Positions 21,957-34,442 of a DNA stretch of 43,944 nt are shown in pieces. The stretch is taken from NCBI GenBank assembly GCA_032718475.1, contig JAUCBJ010004139.1, positions 1 through 43,944 on the forward strand. Direction: 5' to 3'. The stretch's first letter is position 1. Each line of letters begins with the position of its first letter. The notes below the pieces were generated by a model. The model had not been told where the DNA came from, did no database searches, and saw only the letters and a program-made list of their open reading frames with translations. The DNA comes from Nemertoderma westbladi. Taxonomy: Eukaryota; Animalia; Xenacoelomorpha. Both the position numbers and the translations under genes were made by a program.

Positions 21957-24900
21957 TTAAGTTGGGGAGTCCCTAGATGTTTGTTGGATTAGGGAGGTGG
22001 TCGTGGGAAGAGTATCTTGCCTCCCATAGTTTCCGGAGAGTTCTCTGTCTCTTTCCAGTAAACATAAGCGACCAACTGGGCGATTAAGCTGCTGTGTCTC
22101 GAAGACAATTCCCGGTTTCTTGAAGTTACGTCGCATGACGACGAGTTCTACCGATCGCACCAAACCGTCATCCGAGATGTGAGTCTCGATGATACGACCT
22201 GTCTGCAACCGCTTACGTGGAAGATCTACATCCACAATAAGAACCATGTCTCCAGCGCTGACGTTTTCTTGCTGCGCAAACCACTTAGTTCGAAGTTGTA
22301 GCGTGGGCAGATAATGTTTTTCGAAATGGTCAGCGAAACGACGGGATAACAACTGCATGAGTTGCCAAGTTTGCCGGCAGTATTTGTCTCCGTCTGTGAT
22401 TTCCGATTGTGGGAGCATGGCTACAGGTTTCTTCAGTAGGAAGTGCGTGGGTGTTAGCGCTTCCAGGGAATCGGGACTCGATGAGACTGGCATAAGCGGT
22501 CTCTCGTTGAGATAGGCGGCAATTTCCTCCATTAACGTCCGCAAAAGTTCGTCGGTGAGATACGCGTGGCAAGGCACTATAAAGTGAAATGCGGTCTTCA
22601 CACTTCTTATTAATCTCTCCCAACTTCCTCCCCACCAAGGGGCGTCGGCGGCGTTTGAAGGTCCAGCTAGACGCTGTTACTCGTAGCTGATCGTCCACCT
22701 GTCTTTGGTTCCAATCTTTGACGTAAGCTTTGATTTCATTGTTGGCACCAATGAAGTTTGTTCCTTTATCAGATCTCATCGTGTTACTAGTGCCAAAGCG
22801 AGCGATCTGTCGTCGTAAGCTTAATAGAAAGCTGTTGGTAGATAAATCGTTCACCATGTCGAGATGGATAGCTCTACAAGTCATACAAACAAAGATGACA
22901 CACCATCTCTTGACTATAGTCCTAGCACGATATACTTCAATAGGGCCACATAAATCTACACCGGTATTAGTAAAGGGTGGTTCATAGAAGCTTACTCGTT
23001 CCCTAGGTAATTCTGCCTCTCGCTGTGTTAAAGGCCTACTGAATGCTTTCCTACAGGGTATGCAGTTCCTAAGAACTTGGTTCAGAGCTCTACGGGGTTT
23101 ATAAAAATAATAGCGAGTTCGAATTTCGCTAAGAACTCGTTCTCTACCAGCATGATAAAGTTTGCTGTGAACGTCTACAATCATCTTGACTTGTATTGCA
23201 AGATTTCTAATGAGTATGGGAAACTTAGTGTCAAAGGATAATGGAGCATTCGTTAATCTTCCTCCAACACGTATCAACCCATCTATCATTGTGCTAGAGA
23301 AACGATCCCTTAAGCGCATCTGCGGATTTCTCAACAACAGGAAATACTTATCGGAATCCTCATAGCATTGCAGGAGTCTCAGCATCTGCTTGTTGGTTTC
23401 TTCATGCTCCTGATAACTGATCTTCTCCTTCAGAAACCTGTCAGATATCTTATATTTGGGAAGATCTTTAACAACATGGACCTGCACCGATGTTATTGGA
23501 GCGGTATCACCTTTGGTCTTCATCCCGGAGTAGTGATGGTGAAAACATCTCTTTAAATATGTAACGGCCTTACAGAGCCGATTCCAGGAACTGTAGTGAT
23601 GTATCGCTCTCTGCAGAAGAGGTGAGAGTCCTTGCGAGACGTCTGGTATTCCAGATTTCCAATCCTTCTCACGGATTTCCACAACAAGTTTATTTGTGGC
23701 TGTGGGTTTCTGATCCAAAGCGTCGTCTCCGGAAGTATGTAGTACAGACAGATCTACCATGGGTTTGAATAACTTCGATTTACTCGCCCGAGTTTTAGGT
23801 TTGACTTTCTCCGCTCCCTTGGCCTGTCTAATCTCTGTGGTAGTAAGATGAGGAGGCCATTCTTCTTCTTCTTTGTAGAGGAAGTCGGGTCCACCTAACC
23901 AGTCTGGAGTATCTACCAGTTCTTGTGGAGTTGCTCCCCTGGAAGCGATGTCTGCTGGGTTAATCGTTCCGGGGCAATGTCTCCATTGATCCATCGTTGT
24001 GCGACTGAGTATAATGGCTACTCTGTTGGTAACGAAGACGCTGAACTGACAGACTTCATTGGTTATATACTCCAACACGAGTAAAGCGTCGGTCCAATAG
24101 ACAGTTTTCTCCAGTGGATAGTCGATCTGTTCTGTTACATTCCGGCCGATGGCTGTAGCGTATAGAGCCGCTTTTAACTCCACTCGAGGAACTTTCAACT
24201 TGTTGTTTATCAATGCCTTAGAGGTAACCAAGGCGACTTTGATTCCGTCCGGAGTTTCCACCCTTAGGTAGGCTACTATACCTATTCCCATATCGCTGGC
24301 GTCTCCAAACACATGGAGTTGATAGGAATACGTAGGGAGAACATGACCAAAATATGAACGGGAAATTATAAAGTTCTCGATGGCTGGTAGAGAATCTTCC
24401 AATTTCATCCACTTCTTTAATAATTCTCCCTTAAGTGGATCGTCCCATGAGTGGTTTTCAAGCCACATTTGTTGTACTAAACTCCGAGCAATCAATAAAA
24501 CTGGGCTAATAAATCCCAATGGATCGAAATAAGTGCTCAGGATACTTAAACAAATCCGTTTAGTCCGAACTGGATTATCTCGCTGTTTTAGTTGGAAAAA
24601 CAGGATATCTCTTTCGGTGTCCCATTTCAAACCAAGGGTCTTAGTTTCTGGGAGATCATCTTTTATTAGATCCAAGTCTTTCGCTCCTCGATCTTCTACC
24701 GGGATCGACTCCAGAAACTCACGGGAGTTGCTGGTGAATTTAGTTAATCGAAATCCATCTCTTTTTAAGCACTCTACCGTTCCTTTAGCGACATCGATGG
24801 CTTCTTCGACTGATGGAGGGACTTTAGATTGTCGTCCATGTATATATCCCGCTTGATGTTGTCAATCACCTCTTTAGAGAAGGCGTCTCGGTTGTCATCC

Positions 24901-26399
24901 GCAGTGGTGCGCACCACTGAACAGGCGTTTGAAGGGCTTGAGATTATCCCAAAAGCCTGGATGGTCATCCAGTACTCCACCGGTTTCTGGTTGAGGTCTC
25001 CTTCAGGCCACCACAGAAATCGTAGGCTGTCTCGATCCCTATCCAGCGCCTTGACTTGTAAGAACATGCCTTCTATATCTGAGGCGAAAGCAATTGAAAA
25101 TTGTCTTAATCTTAAGAGTATTCCCAACATGGATTGAAGTAAGTTGGGTCCGGGTAACAATTCAGAATTAAGGGATTGGCCCATATAGAGGGCGGAGCCG
25201 TCAAACACCACTCGTACCTCATGGGGTTTACCGGGTTTGGGAACATAATGGTGAGTTAAATAATACGTTCTCTCAGTTATAGGTGTTTCTTCCAGTACTA
25301 GCTCCGCATATCCCTTGCTAATGAATTTCTTCAACTGCGTTTGATACATTTCTTTAGCTGAAGAATTTGCCGTAAGGCGTCGATGTAGTTGAGCAATTCT
25401 TTTCTCCGCCAAGGGTCTGTTGTTTACGAACTTTGGTTCTCGCTTTCGGAAAGGTAGACCGATCTCATATCTACCTTGATCTTTAAGAAAACGTGTAGTT
25501 GTCTCTTGGATCTGCTTGGCTCTTTCTTCCTCTACCGATAGAGCCTTATCGTAGGAATTGGGCTCTACAGCCTCTTGAGTAAAGAATCGTACGGTGTGTT
25601 CATCCCGAGTCTTGGCATTATAACGTTCAATGACGTCATTAAGTTCGTCGTTATAGTCGTCTCGCTCTGATGGAAGAAGGAGCTGACATAAGTTCACTTG
25701 GTTTTGCCAAGTCTCGTTTTCCTTAAGGAGATCAATGGTATTCTCCTCGTCGAAAAGTTGGTGGACATCGTCATTATCTGAGGAGTATGGTGTTCCCTCA
25801 GTTGGATCGTCTAACTCACTGCCCTCGACTTCCCATTCTCTTACTTGACATACCTGGTCTTTCGGTACTCTTTCCATGAGAGTTCTACGGGAAGGGCCCG
25901 TAAAGTACCAACCCACTCTAGTTCTTCCCGCATAAGCTTGTAGTGGTTGCGGTTGAGCGGGCCGTTTCTCCAATGTCTCGAGCGCTTCATGCGCGTTTTG
26001 ACCGATGAGTATTTGCACTCCAGGGTAATCGGTGTTGAATCTAGGTATTTCCAGCTGCTGGGTGAAATCGTCCTCATCCCAGTTATAAGGTTCCACTTGG
26101 GTGGTAGCGAAGTTCTTTATCGCCACCATTTTTACTGACCTTATACTATGTTCTCCTAGTTCATCCTGGGGGGTGGACAACGCACCTAAATAATAATCCG
26201 CTATTACTGTAGATTTCCAAACCTGCATAATTCCTGACATGTTTAGCTTAGTTCGGAACTTGGGTTGTCCAGCAAAGATGTCTTCGGCCAGTTCTTTGTC
26301 GATGAATGTTCCTGTACTACCGGAGTCAAGGAGGGCATTCACTACATAACTCCTTTTAGGTCCGTGGACCCTTACCTGTACTACAGGAAATTCTCGGAT
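21957..26399 (-). pseudogene. BEL/Pao pol: aspartic protease, RT, RNase H, integrase and C-terminal DUF5641-like region, with 2 frameshifts
   Basis: ALLDSGS; VRVVFDGS, LLPGPNL, SDIEGMFLQV and YMDD; LHVFGDAS, PRVEL, WTDA and NPADIASRG; H-X4-H...CIPC, GVDLCGP, SDKGTNF and GGSWERLIRSVK; LTPTHFLL and YLPTLQLRTKW. Frameshifts lie just after YMDD (about 24820) and at about 22657. Confidence 0.95.
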
Positions 26400-29300
26400 T
26401 CATACATTGGAAGGTGGCGCTTTCCAAGATGGTTGTCGCTCAGAAGTAGTTAGGGTGAGGTCGCTGTCTGTGTCTTTTTCATACGTAAGTGCTCGATACA
26501 CTGCGGTATTTATCATGTAACAGGATTCATCTTCGTCTGAGAATTCATCCGTATAGAATCCTTCCATCTCAGAACTTTGGTCAGTGTCGTTCACATCACT
26601 GAATTGGACATGTAGTTCGGAATCACTTACCTGACTCGGGCTGTTTCGTTCGAATTCAGTGTGCAACAAGATATGATGTTTCGCACTGCACTTAGCACAC
26701 CTTGTGTCAGAGTAACAGGTTCGCCATTGGTGTCCTTGTCTGAGGCAATTATAACACAACCGCTTATCCCACATGACTTCCCGTCTCTCCGTTAATGATT
26801 TCTTCAGGAATTCATCACACATATTCAAACGGTGTGTCCAGTCACATAGCGCACATTTCGGCTTGATGTTACTTACCTTATTTTGAATAACATTGTGCAC
26901 ACTCGTTCTTTCTTCGGGCTTTCTCACCTGAATTCTCTTGGGAGACGTAGGAGTTTTTCTTACCTGTTCTCTCCTGTCATTGGTTCGAGACTTGTATTTA
27001 CTTACCTGTTCTTTAGGCATTTTATTGACATAATAAGATCTTTCAGTGTCTTTCCCGCTATCCTCTCCTTGAGAAGTCTGGCTTTCGCCGTCGTCTGTAT
27101 AACACACTGGTGTTACCTTTCTCCTAGAAACGGGTTTCTCACTTACCTTGTTTTCCGGTGTCTTCTCTCTGGACTGTTTTAGGAGCTGTAATTTCACTTC
27201 TCCATCTAAGAATGACATGAGATCAGCCATGGTAGGGTCTCGTCGTTGTTGTTCCATCATATATAACACTTTCTTATCCCAGCGTGTACCTACTCCACCC
27301 TTCGGTAAAGTAGAAGCCACGGCTCCAATAACCATAGAACTCTGATATTCATGAGACTTACCTAACCAATCTAATTGTCTACAGATCTCTTGAATCTCAT
27401 CGGAAAACTCTATTATCCCGCTGCTAATGAACTTTCGGGGCGCTACTAATTTTGCATACAAATATTTAGCTATGTTATTCCTATTACCATACCTGATGTT
27501 TAGTGTATCCCAAACTTGTCTTAATCCGTCTGGATGTCCAATAAACTTTAACGCCATTAACTTGGGAGATCCTTCCAAGCACTCGATGAGGAATCTAAGT
27601 TTCTCTCCATTAGATAGTACAGAGTTCTGTATGTTATCTTTATAATATTCATTAAAAGGTAACCATTTCATCTCATCTCCATTGAACTTGACTATCTCTC
27701 CCACCTTTACCGCTTGATGGGCTTCGGTTCTAGCCATTTGACGCGTAAAACTTTCTTGGGCCATCGTGTTATTTAATATCGAGTTATCTGTATATAAATT
27801 TCTCGGATTATGATCAGGTCTATAGGGAATATCATTATCAACAGGTCTATAATTACCCTTAATAGGGTTCACTATAGGAGTTTCTACTTCGCTAGCAGTA
27901 TAGATGCGTGTAGGCTCCCTGTATGGAATCCATCCAAAAAGTGCGCCGGATAGCGCGCCGACCAATTTTTATGCGCGCCGCGCGCCGATGCCATTTCGAA
28001 GAAAAACCCTGCACCAACTAAATTTTTAAGCACGCCAATGCAATTTCGAAGAAACCCCGCGCCAACTAAATTTTTAAGCGCGCCACACATTGAAACAATT
28101 TTGAAGAGCGCCACGCCAATGCAAATTCAATTTTGAGGGAGTGTAACCAATCTGTCAATGTCAGTCAGTCAGTACTGCTGTACCAGTCCCTGCTGCCCTA
28201 TACAACAGTTGCCTAACCAATGGTTAGGCAACTGTTGTATACTTTCTTTTTCTGTTGTATGGTTCAGTGGTTAGTAACCACTGAACCATATAACAGAAAA
28301 AGAAAGGCGAGCGAAGCGAGCCGAAATTTTTAAACAGCTAATGCAATTTTTAAGGCACTTCCATTCCATAGCCTAACTGCCTAATTGTTAAACCTGTAAA
28401 CTAACAAATCGGCGCCGGTTTTTATTTTTGGGAGCGCCACGCGCCAAAGCCGGCGCGCTTTACGATTTCAGGATTTTCGAGCGCGCCACGCGCCAAAGTC
28501 GGCGCGCTTTACGATTTTCGAGCGCGCCACGCGCCACATTGGCGCGCTTTTATTGCAAAGTGCGCCAGATTAATCCGGCGCCAAGTGTATGGATTCCAGT
28601 CTGGGTAGGCTCCACACCTTGCGCATGAGATACTTCAGACCTAACAGGTTGACACATTGTTACAGGGGGTGGTGGTATACCTCTTTGCGTATTTACTAAT
28701 TTATCGCGTTCTAATGCGATACTTTGTTGCACTTCTTGCAACTCTAACCTACTTTCCCTTACTGTGCCCTTGAATTGCTGAACAGTCTCCTGCATTTGCC
28801 CGAGCAGGAGATCCATCCCCCGTCGTCTCTCATCTACCCACTCGACCGCCGAAGCGGGAGCCGCCAACGTTGTAGCGGGCCGACGAGGGACAACGGGCGA
28901 CAAATCATTAATATTTCGCTCGGAGTCTAGAACATGAACCGTCTCCTGGGCTGTTCTGCTGGGCACAGGTAGCTTAGTGCTATGCAAAGGGAATCTAGAG
29001 GTAGGTTCTGGGAGTACAGGTGTCTCTATCACCGAAGTGGTGGCTTCGAGAACAGGCCTAATTATTTCAGGCTCATCTACTATAGTAGGGAGTCTGTCTA
29101 TTTTAATAATTTGGTCTAGGGGTTCTGTACTACCTAAGTCTGTGTTAGCTAGTTGTTTTCGAACAGTTGGGGGCAAATCAGGCAATTTCTGACGTTGGGA
29201 CATTCTTCGACGTCTGCTGAGACGAGATCGATTTCCTCGGCCTTCAGGAACTGTTGTATTGCCCTCATCTGATGATGTAAAACCCTGTCTCTTGGGAGTA

Positions 29301-30718
29301 GATCGACTCATCATCTGCATATTACTAGCTGTTAACTGTTTATTGAAGTTGTCTTGCCTCTCTTGAAGATTTTCCAACTCTAGTTGGGTTGTCTCTTCAG
29401 ATGCCCTCTGTTCTGCTTCTGCCACTGCTAGCTTTCTTTCCGCTTCGGCTGCCTTTCTTTCCGCTTCCGCCGCTGCTAGCTTTCTTTCCGCTTCGGCCGC
29501 CTTTCTTTCCGCTTCTGCCGCTGCCACTGCCGCTGCTGCTGTCTTTCTATCATCAATACGTTTTTTCTTTACTTGTTTTTCTTGAACCTTAGCGATGCGG
29601 ATGCTTTCGTTGAATTTAGCTTGATTCGCAGCTAACCTATCCACATCGATTGCGTCCAACACAAGCTTGGCTCCTTCACTATTAGGGCTAAGTCCCTCTA
29701 GCCTTCTCCTCAACTCTTCATCTCCTACAAAATGTTGATAGTCCGACAGATAGATGTCAATAGCATCCCTCTTATGCGGTTTCTCTGCTGTCGCTTCACT
29801 TTCCACTTGGGAAAATGTAGCGTCTGTTGATTCTCCATGGGTTGAGCGCTCATCCAGCTGCGCTTTCCACTGAGCCGTTCCTTGAACCTGGAGACTCACC
29901 CGTTGAAACCAAGTCTTTACGGCAACTTGCAACGACGTGTCTTGTCTTCTTTTAGAAGCCTCCTCAAAGGCCGATAAGATTAGCCTGATTCGTAGAATTC
30001 TTTCTCTAACTTGATAAAGCAGATGTCCCTGCTCTTGAGGTCCTTGGGGTTGTTGAAACAGTTGTTCTTTTAGTCGCTCCATAGAGCTGAAGAATCCCTG
30101 TACGTATCCTGCTGCTGACCTCTTCCATACAGCTGGATCGATGGTTTCTTTTGTTACTCCCATCCTGTGTATGTCTTCCCAGGTAGCTTCCGATAACTCA
30201 AATGGGAGTCCGGGTCCGGGGAAGTTCCATTGCGACTCGACAATAGACTTCAGTTCTTCCCTTGTGTATCCCGCATAACTATCCTTGGTCGATCGCTTAC
30301 TTCTCGCCCAATCAATCAGGTGTTCTTCCACCGCGATCAATACTCTAGTGAGTACAGCTGCAGGAAGGATGAGAAGGGGATCCGAATAAACCGCATCCGT
30401 CATCTTTGCTCCGCGCTCGGGTGTCAGCTCTACAGTATCCTCACTACTGGAGCTGTCGGGCCGTTGACAAATAAGTTATTGGCTCGCGGGTTGTTGCTGT
30501 TCCGCTGCTTCTTGGTCCGGCTTGACCTGAGCTCGAGTGCCTATGATAGACCTACGATGTTGGACTAGCCTAGGGTCTGATATTACTACGGGAGGGATGA
30601 TCTTTCTTACAGTAGGAGGTGAGTTGAACTTCGGTCCTACACGTTCCACACTCCTGTCTGGGTCACATATGGTTGTATCTAAGAGACTGTCTGACAGGTT
30701 TTGCTTTGTGTCAGACAT
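26400..30718 (-). pseudogene. BEL/Pao gag with a long N-terminal extension, interrupted by an in-frame TAA (30476) and a MITE (27924-28598)
   Basis: ORFs 30476-30718 and 28550-30403 are in the same frame. Coiled-coil AEAERK repeats, FNGDEMKWLPF...EKLRFLIECLEG, and fingers CALCDWTHRLNMC, CYNCLRQGHQWRTC and CAKCSAKHHILLH. Ends in an in-frame TGA before the protease. Confidence 0.88.
27924..28598. mobile_element. Non-autonomous TIR element inserted in gag, superfamily unassigned
   Basis: Inverted ends TGGAATCCAT..GCGCCGGAT / ATCCGGCGC..ATGGATTCCA, dense GCGCC subterminal repeats in both arms, and central twin palindromes. It interrupts the gag frame. Confidence 0.8.
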
Positions 30719-30844
30719 GTTGGTTTGTACAGTTGAATGCCTACTGCTATATTACAGTTTAAGCAAGTCTAGTAATTCAGTATCACCGTTAGCCTAGTAA
30801 TTAATTACCGATACTGCTACTCAGTGTAGCGTAATATATATATA

Positions 30845-31230
30845 ATATATTAGAATACCGGTAAGCTTATAGTATATATATAAGTATTGTCACAGACTAG
30901 ATTTGTCACAGAATACCGGTATGTAATTTCAGCACAAGTATATATAAATATATAATAGGCCTATCGTGAATACCGGTATACAGCTTACACCTATAGTATA
31001 TATAAGTATAATTATTAACTAGAATTAATTACAGAATACCGGTATAATTTCAGCCTAAATTTGTAAATATATAATAGGCCTATCGTGAATACCGGTATAC
31101 AGCTTACACTTATAATGTATATATATAAGTATGATTACAGACTAGAATTAATTACAGAATACCGGTATAATTTCAGCCTAAAATTTATCGAAATAAATAT
31201 AATAAGCCTATGGTAAATACCGGTATGTCA
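30845..31230. repeat. Diverged ~120-bp tandem repeats with AATACCGGTA cores in the element leader
   Basis: Blocks such as GACTAGAATTAATTACAGAATACCGGTATAATTTCAGC and TAGGCCTATCGTGAATACCGGTATACAGCTTACAC recur. Confidence 0.8.
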
Positions 31231-32174
31231 ATTATTTTAAATAATTGAATTTCTGAATTTTTAGGGGTTACTTGGTTACTTTACTTACTTTATTACCGTT
31301 ACTTAAGCAGTAGTCCAACTGATATTTATACCTAATTGATGTATGGCAGGCCTACTATTTATAAATCGTTTGAGTTGATTTATAATATATATACCCATTA
31401 AAATGGGTTTTGTCAATATTTGAAATAAATGTTATTATTTCTGGGGGGAGTCACTACACAGAAGCTGTGCGCTCTCAGTGAAGTGTTACTTGTTGGACAC
31501 TAAAACAAATAATTCTAATTTACCTAAGTTACTTAATACTACAAATTACATACAATTCTGGGTGAGATTGCAATCTCTAAATAAACACAAAAATTACAAG
31601 TACGAATTTTTTAGGGTAATTTTACAAGAAGTCTACTAACCAGCCTAACAAAGGGCTGGAATATCTGGTTATTACAACGGACAGATTACTACGGTATTTG
31701 AAAATAATAAGTAGTAGTAAATATACTGCGTTGTCCAGATAGAAAAATACCACCGTCTGACGACTTATAGCCGTGGCGCTATAAGTACTACGTTATGTAT
31801 CACGGAGTGTTCCTACCTAGAAGTTAATTACCGCGGTCTACCAGAACCAACGTGCCTATTAACCACTTTACAACACAAATATACTGCCTACACACTAATT
31901 GCCTTCGGAAAGCACTGTACACTAAACCCTAAATTAGGTACAAGTACTTATACAACAAATAATCGGTAGTTAAAAATACTTGAACAGCTAAAAGAACCAC
32001 GGTATCTGCTGGAATGACCGGGGCACAAAATCACCAGTCTTTACCTATGCCAAGCAGCCCTGATGTAGTACCGGGGTTAGTTTAACTATAACGGTATATA
32101 TAACAAGCACAATTACTGTAGGAATAAACTTGGGGATATGAATGTTGCGAATAATCGCATAAACTCTGAATAAT

Positions 32175-32660
32175 AAATATTACGCTACGCGTACAGACTA
32201 CTCAAACAAAATGCAGACCAAATACTGACAGACTACTATCAAGCCCAAACAAACTACGGTATATGCAGACTCCGAAATGGTTAGTTAGTATGCGTTCTAA
32301 CCCAGTAGTACGACTTATTCTTTCGAGGGGGTTTACCTCACAGCTCTGGAAGCCCCTACGTTCCCAACTGGCACTTTATCGGACATACACTCTACACACA
32401 CTGAAATCTCTCAAGACCTAACAACAGCCAGACAACAATACAGCCTACAAATTATCTAAATAAGAAATATTACGCTACCCGTACAAACTACACAAACAAA
32501 GTACAGACCAAACGCTGGCAGACTACTATCAAGCCTAAATAAACTACAGTATATGCAGACTCCGAAATGGTAAGTTAGTATGCGTTCTAACCGAGTAGTA
32601 CGACTTATTCTTTCGAGGGGGTTCACCTCACAGCACTGGCAGCCCCTACTTTCCTAACTA
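32175..32660. repeat. About 195-bp direct duplication (period about 290 bp) in the element leader
   Basis: 32175-32369 resembles 32465-32659. The intervening 32376-32456 also resembles 33373-33452. Confidence 0.85.
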
Positions 32661-33791
32661 CAGTACAGGCCACCAGAAAAAGCAGATTTCATCCAATGTG
32701 ATCACATGTGAACACATTTGTTCAAGTCATCTGATTGGCGGGTTATGGCGAGTTAACTTCTAAATCACACAGCAGGAGGCTAACTTGCTGGGACAGACAA
32801 AAGCTTTGTGTGTGGTGTGCCTGTATGTCTGATATCAGGTAGATGAGAGAGCCCTCAGGGCGTAACATTGCGGACATGGGCCATGGGCTGTATTGGTATA
32901 GAAAAAACTACATACAAGACCACATGGAGGTTCATGGAGTAGATGGGTATGTGGATGGAGGAGACTAGACCATTGAATAATTAATTTAGTGCAGGGAGAT
33001 GTCGCGCCATTAGTCTGACACCGAGAGGGCACAGAGAAACACCAGAAGATGCCTTAACTTAACTAACTATAGGCCTGCCTACGAGACACTATTAACCCCA
33101 CACTATAAAGGTAAACAAAATCCTTATCGCATTTCCAGCTGCAGTGAGTGACAGTTAGCGGTAAACTACAGAGAGTTTCCAGATTACTAAGCTTTTCAAA
33201 AGTATTCAATTGTATCCTTTGGCGAAAAATTTTTGGTTGTTGCCAATTCAATTATGTTCAATTATGTTCAATTGTCCCGTTCAACAACATTACATTACAC
33301 TGGTACACATTTGATAAAATGTGTTCACAATTGTACAAATCTGCATTTTCTGGTGGCCAGTACTGTAGTACTTTTTCGGACATATGCTCTACACACACTA
33401 CAATCTCTTCAGACTCAACAACAGTCAGACAACTGTCCAGCCTACAAATTATCCATACAATCTGGGCAGGCTTACACGTCTTCTGCTCAATATTAACCTA
33501 CAAGTAAATAAAACTGACAGAAATAAGTAAAATCTCAATAAAAAACCAGGGCTGCAGTCCCTGATTAATTATTAAGGCCTACCGGTATATAATTATCAAA
33601 ATCGAATAATACTGCTGTACCTGTACTGCTGTAGGTACCGGTCCGGGTGGTTAGGTAGTCAGGCCTACTAGGTACCGGTTGTCCGGTACTTCAGCGTTAT
33701 TGCCTACTGCAATACAGAAGCTATATCTGTTATTGTTCTTACCAGAACAATAGACATCTATATCTTCTGATTGTACGTATATATCTGTTAT

Positions 33792-34442
33792 TGTTCGCGC
33801 TTTCAGACCTTTAGCAGTTTAACCTGCCAAATTGGGATGTCTTTTAGATGATAGATCGTCTTTAGCCTATGACAAGTATTTGATACACTACATTAGCCGA
33901 AGCCAGTCTATGCGCGATCATTCACCCGCTGGATATACCCGGGAGACTGGATTCGGAAGCCTAACCGTATTGCGGGGTAGGCCTACTGTATTATTCGACT
34001 GATCGTAATATATAATCTCTGACAAATATTATTCACTTTCGGGAAATATTAACAGTTCCTTTAGGACGTGGCGCTCTAAATATGTAAACAGAGTTATGAC
34101 TTAAACTAGACACAACGGGATGGCTATAGATTCACGTATATGGCGCATTCTTTAGGAGATGCTTTGTTATCAGTCACAATCATACACAATACTGCACAAT
34201 GCTGCACACTAATCTGCCGACCTTCACTAAATTTAGTCACATATAAAGAGAACAACAGACAATACATGTAGGGCTTATGAAATAGCATTAGATTCACTTC
34301 AAACCACTTTAATGTAAGTCGCAATCGTTATATGTAACCGGTCTCTCTAACCTTTAGTATATCAAGAAGATTTGGGGTGTCTGATTATTTATCAGTATTC
34401 CAAATATAATATTCCATCAACAAATATAATGAATAACCGACA
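33792..34442 (-). repeat. 5' LTR (651 bp)
   Basis: Near-identical to 16112-16761, with TG...CA termini. Confidence 0.92.

Larger units (their letters stand above)
16112..34442 (-). mobile_element. Full-length, defective BEL/Pao (Belpaoviridae) LTR retrotransposon, 18.3 kb
   Basis: Direct terminal repeats with TG...CA ends enclose BEL-type gag (DUF1759-like region, three CCHC-type fingers), protease, RT, RNase H and integrase, in that order. Confidence 0.9.

Noticed and set aside
30720-33790. Hammerhead ribozyme or tRNA in the leader repeats
   Set aside because: No CTGANGA...GAAA core with flanking stems and no cloverleaf found by eye; an Infernal/Rfam scan would be needed.
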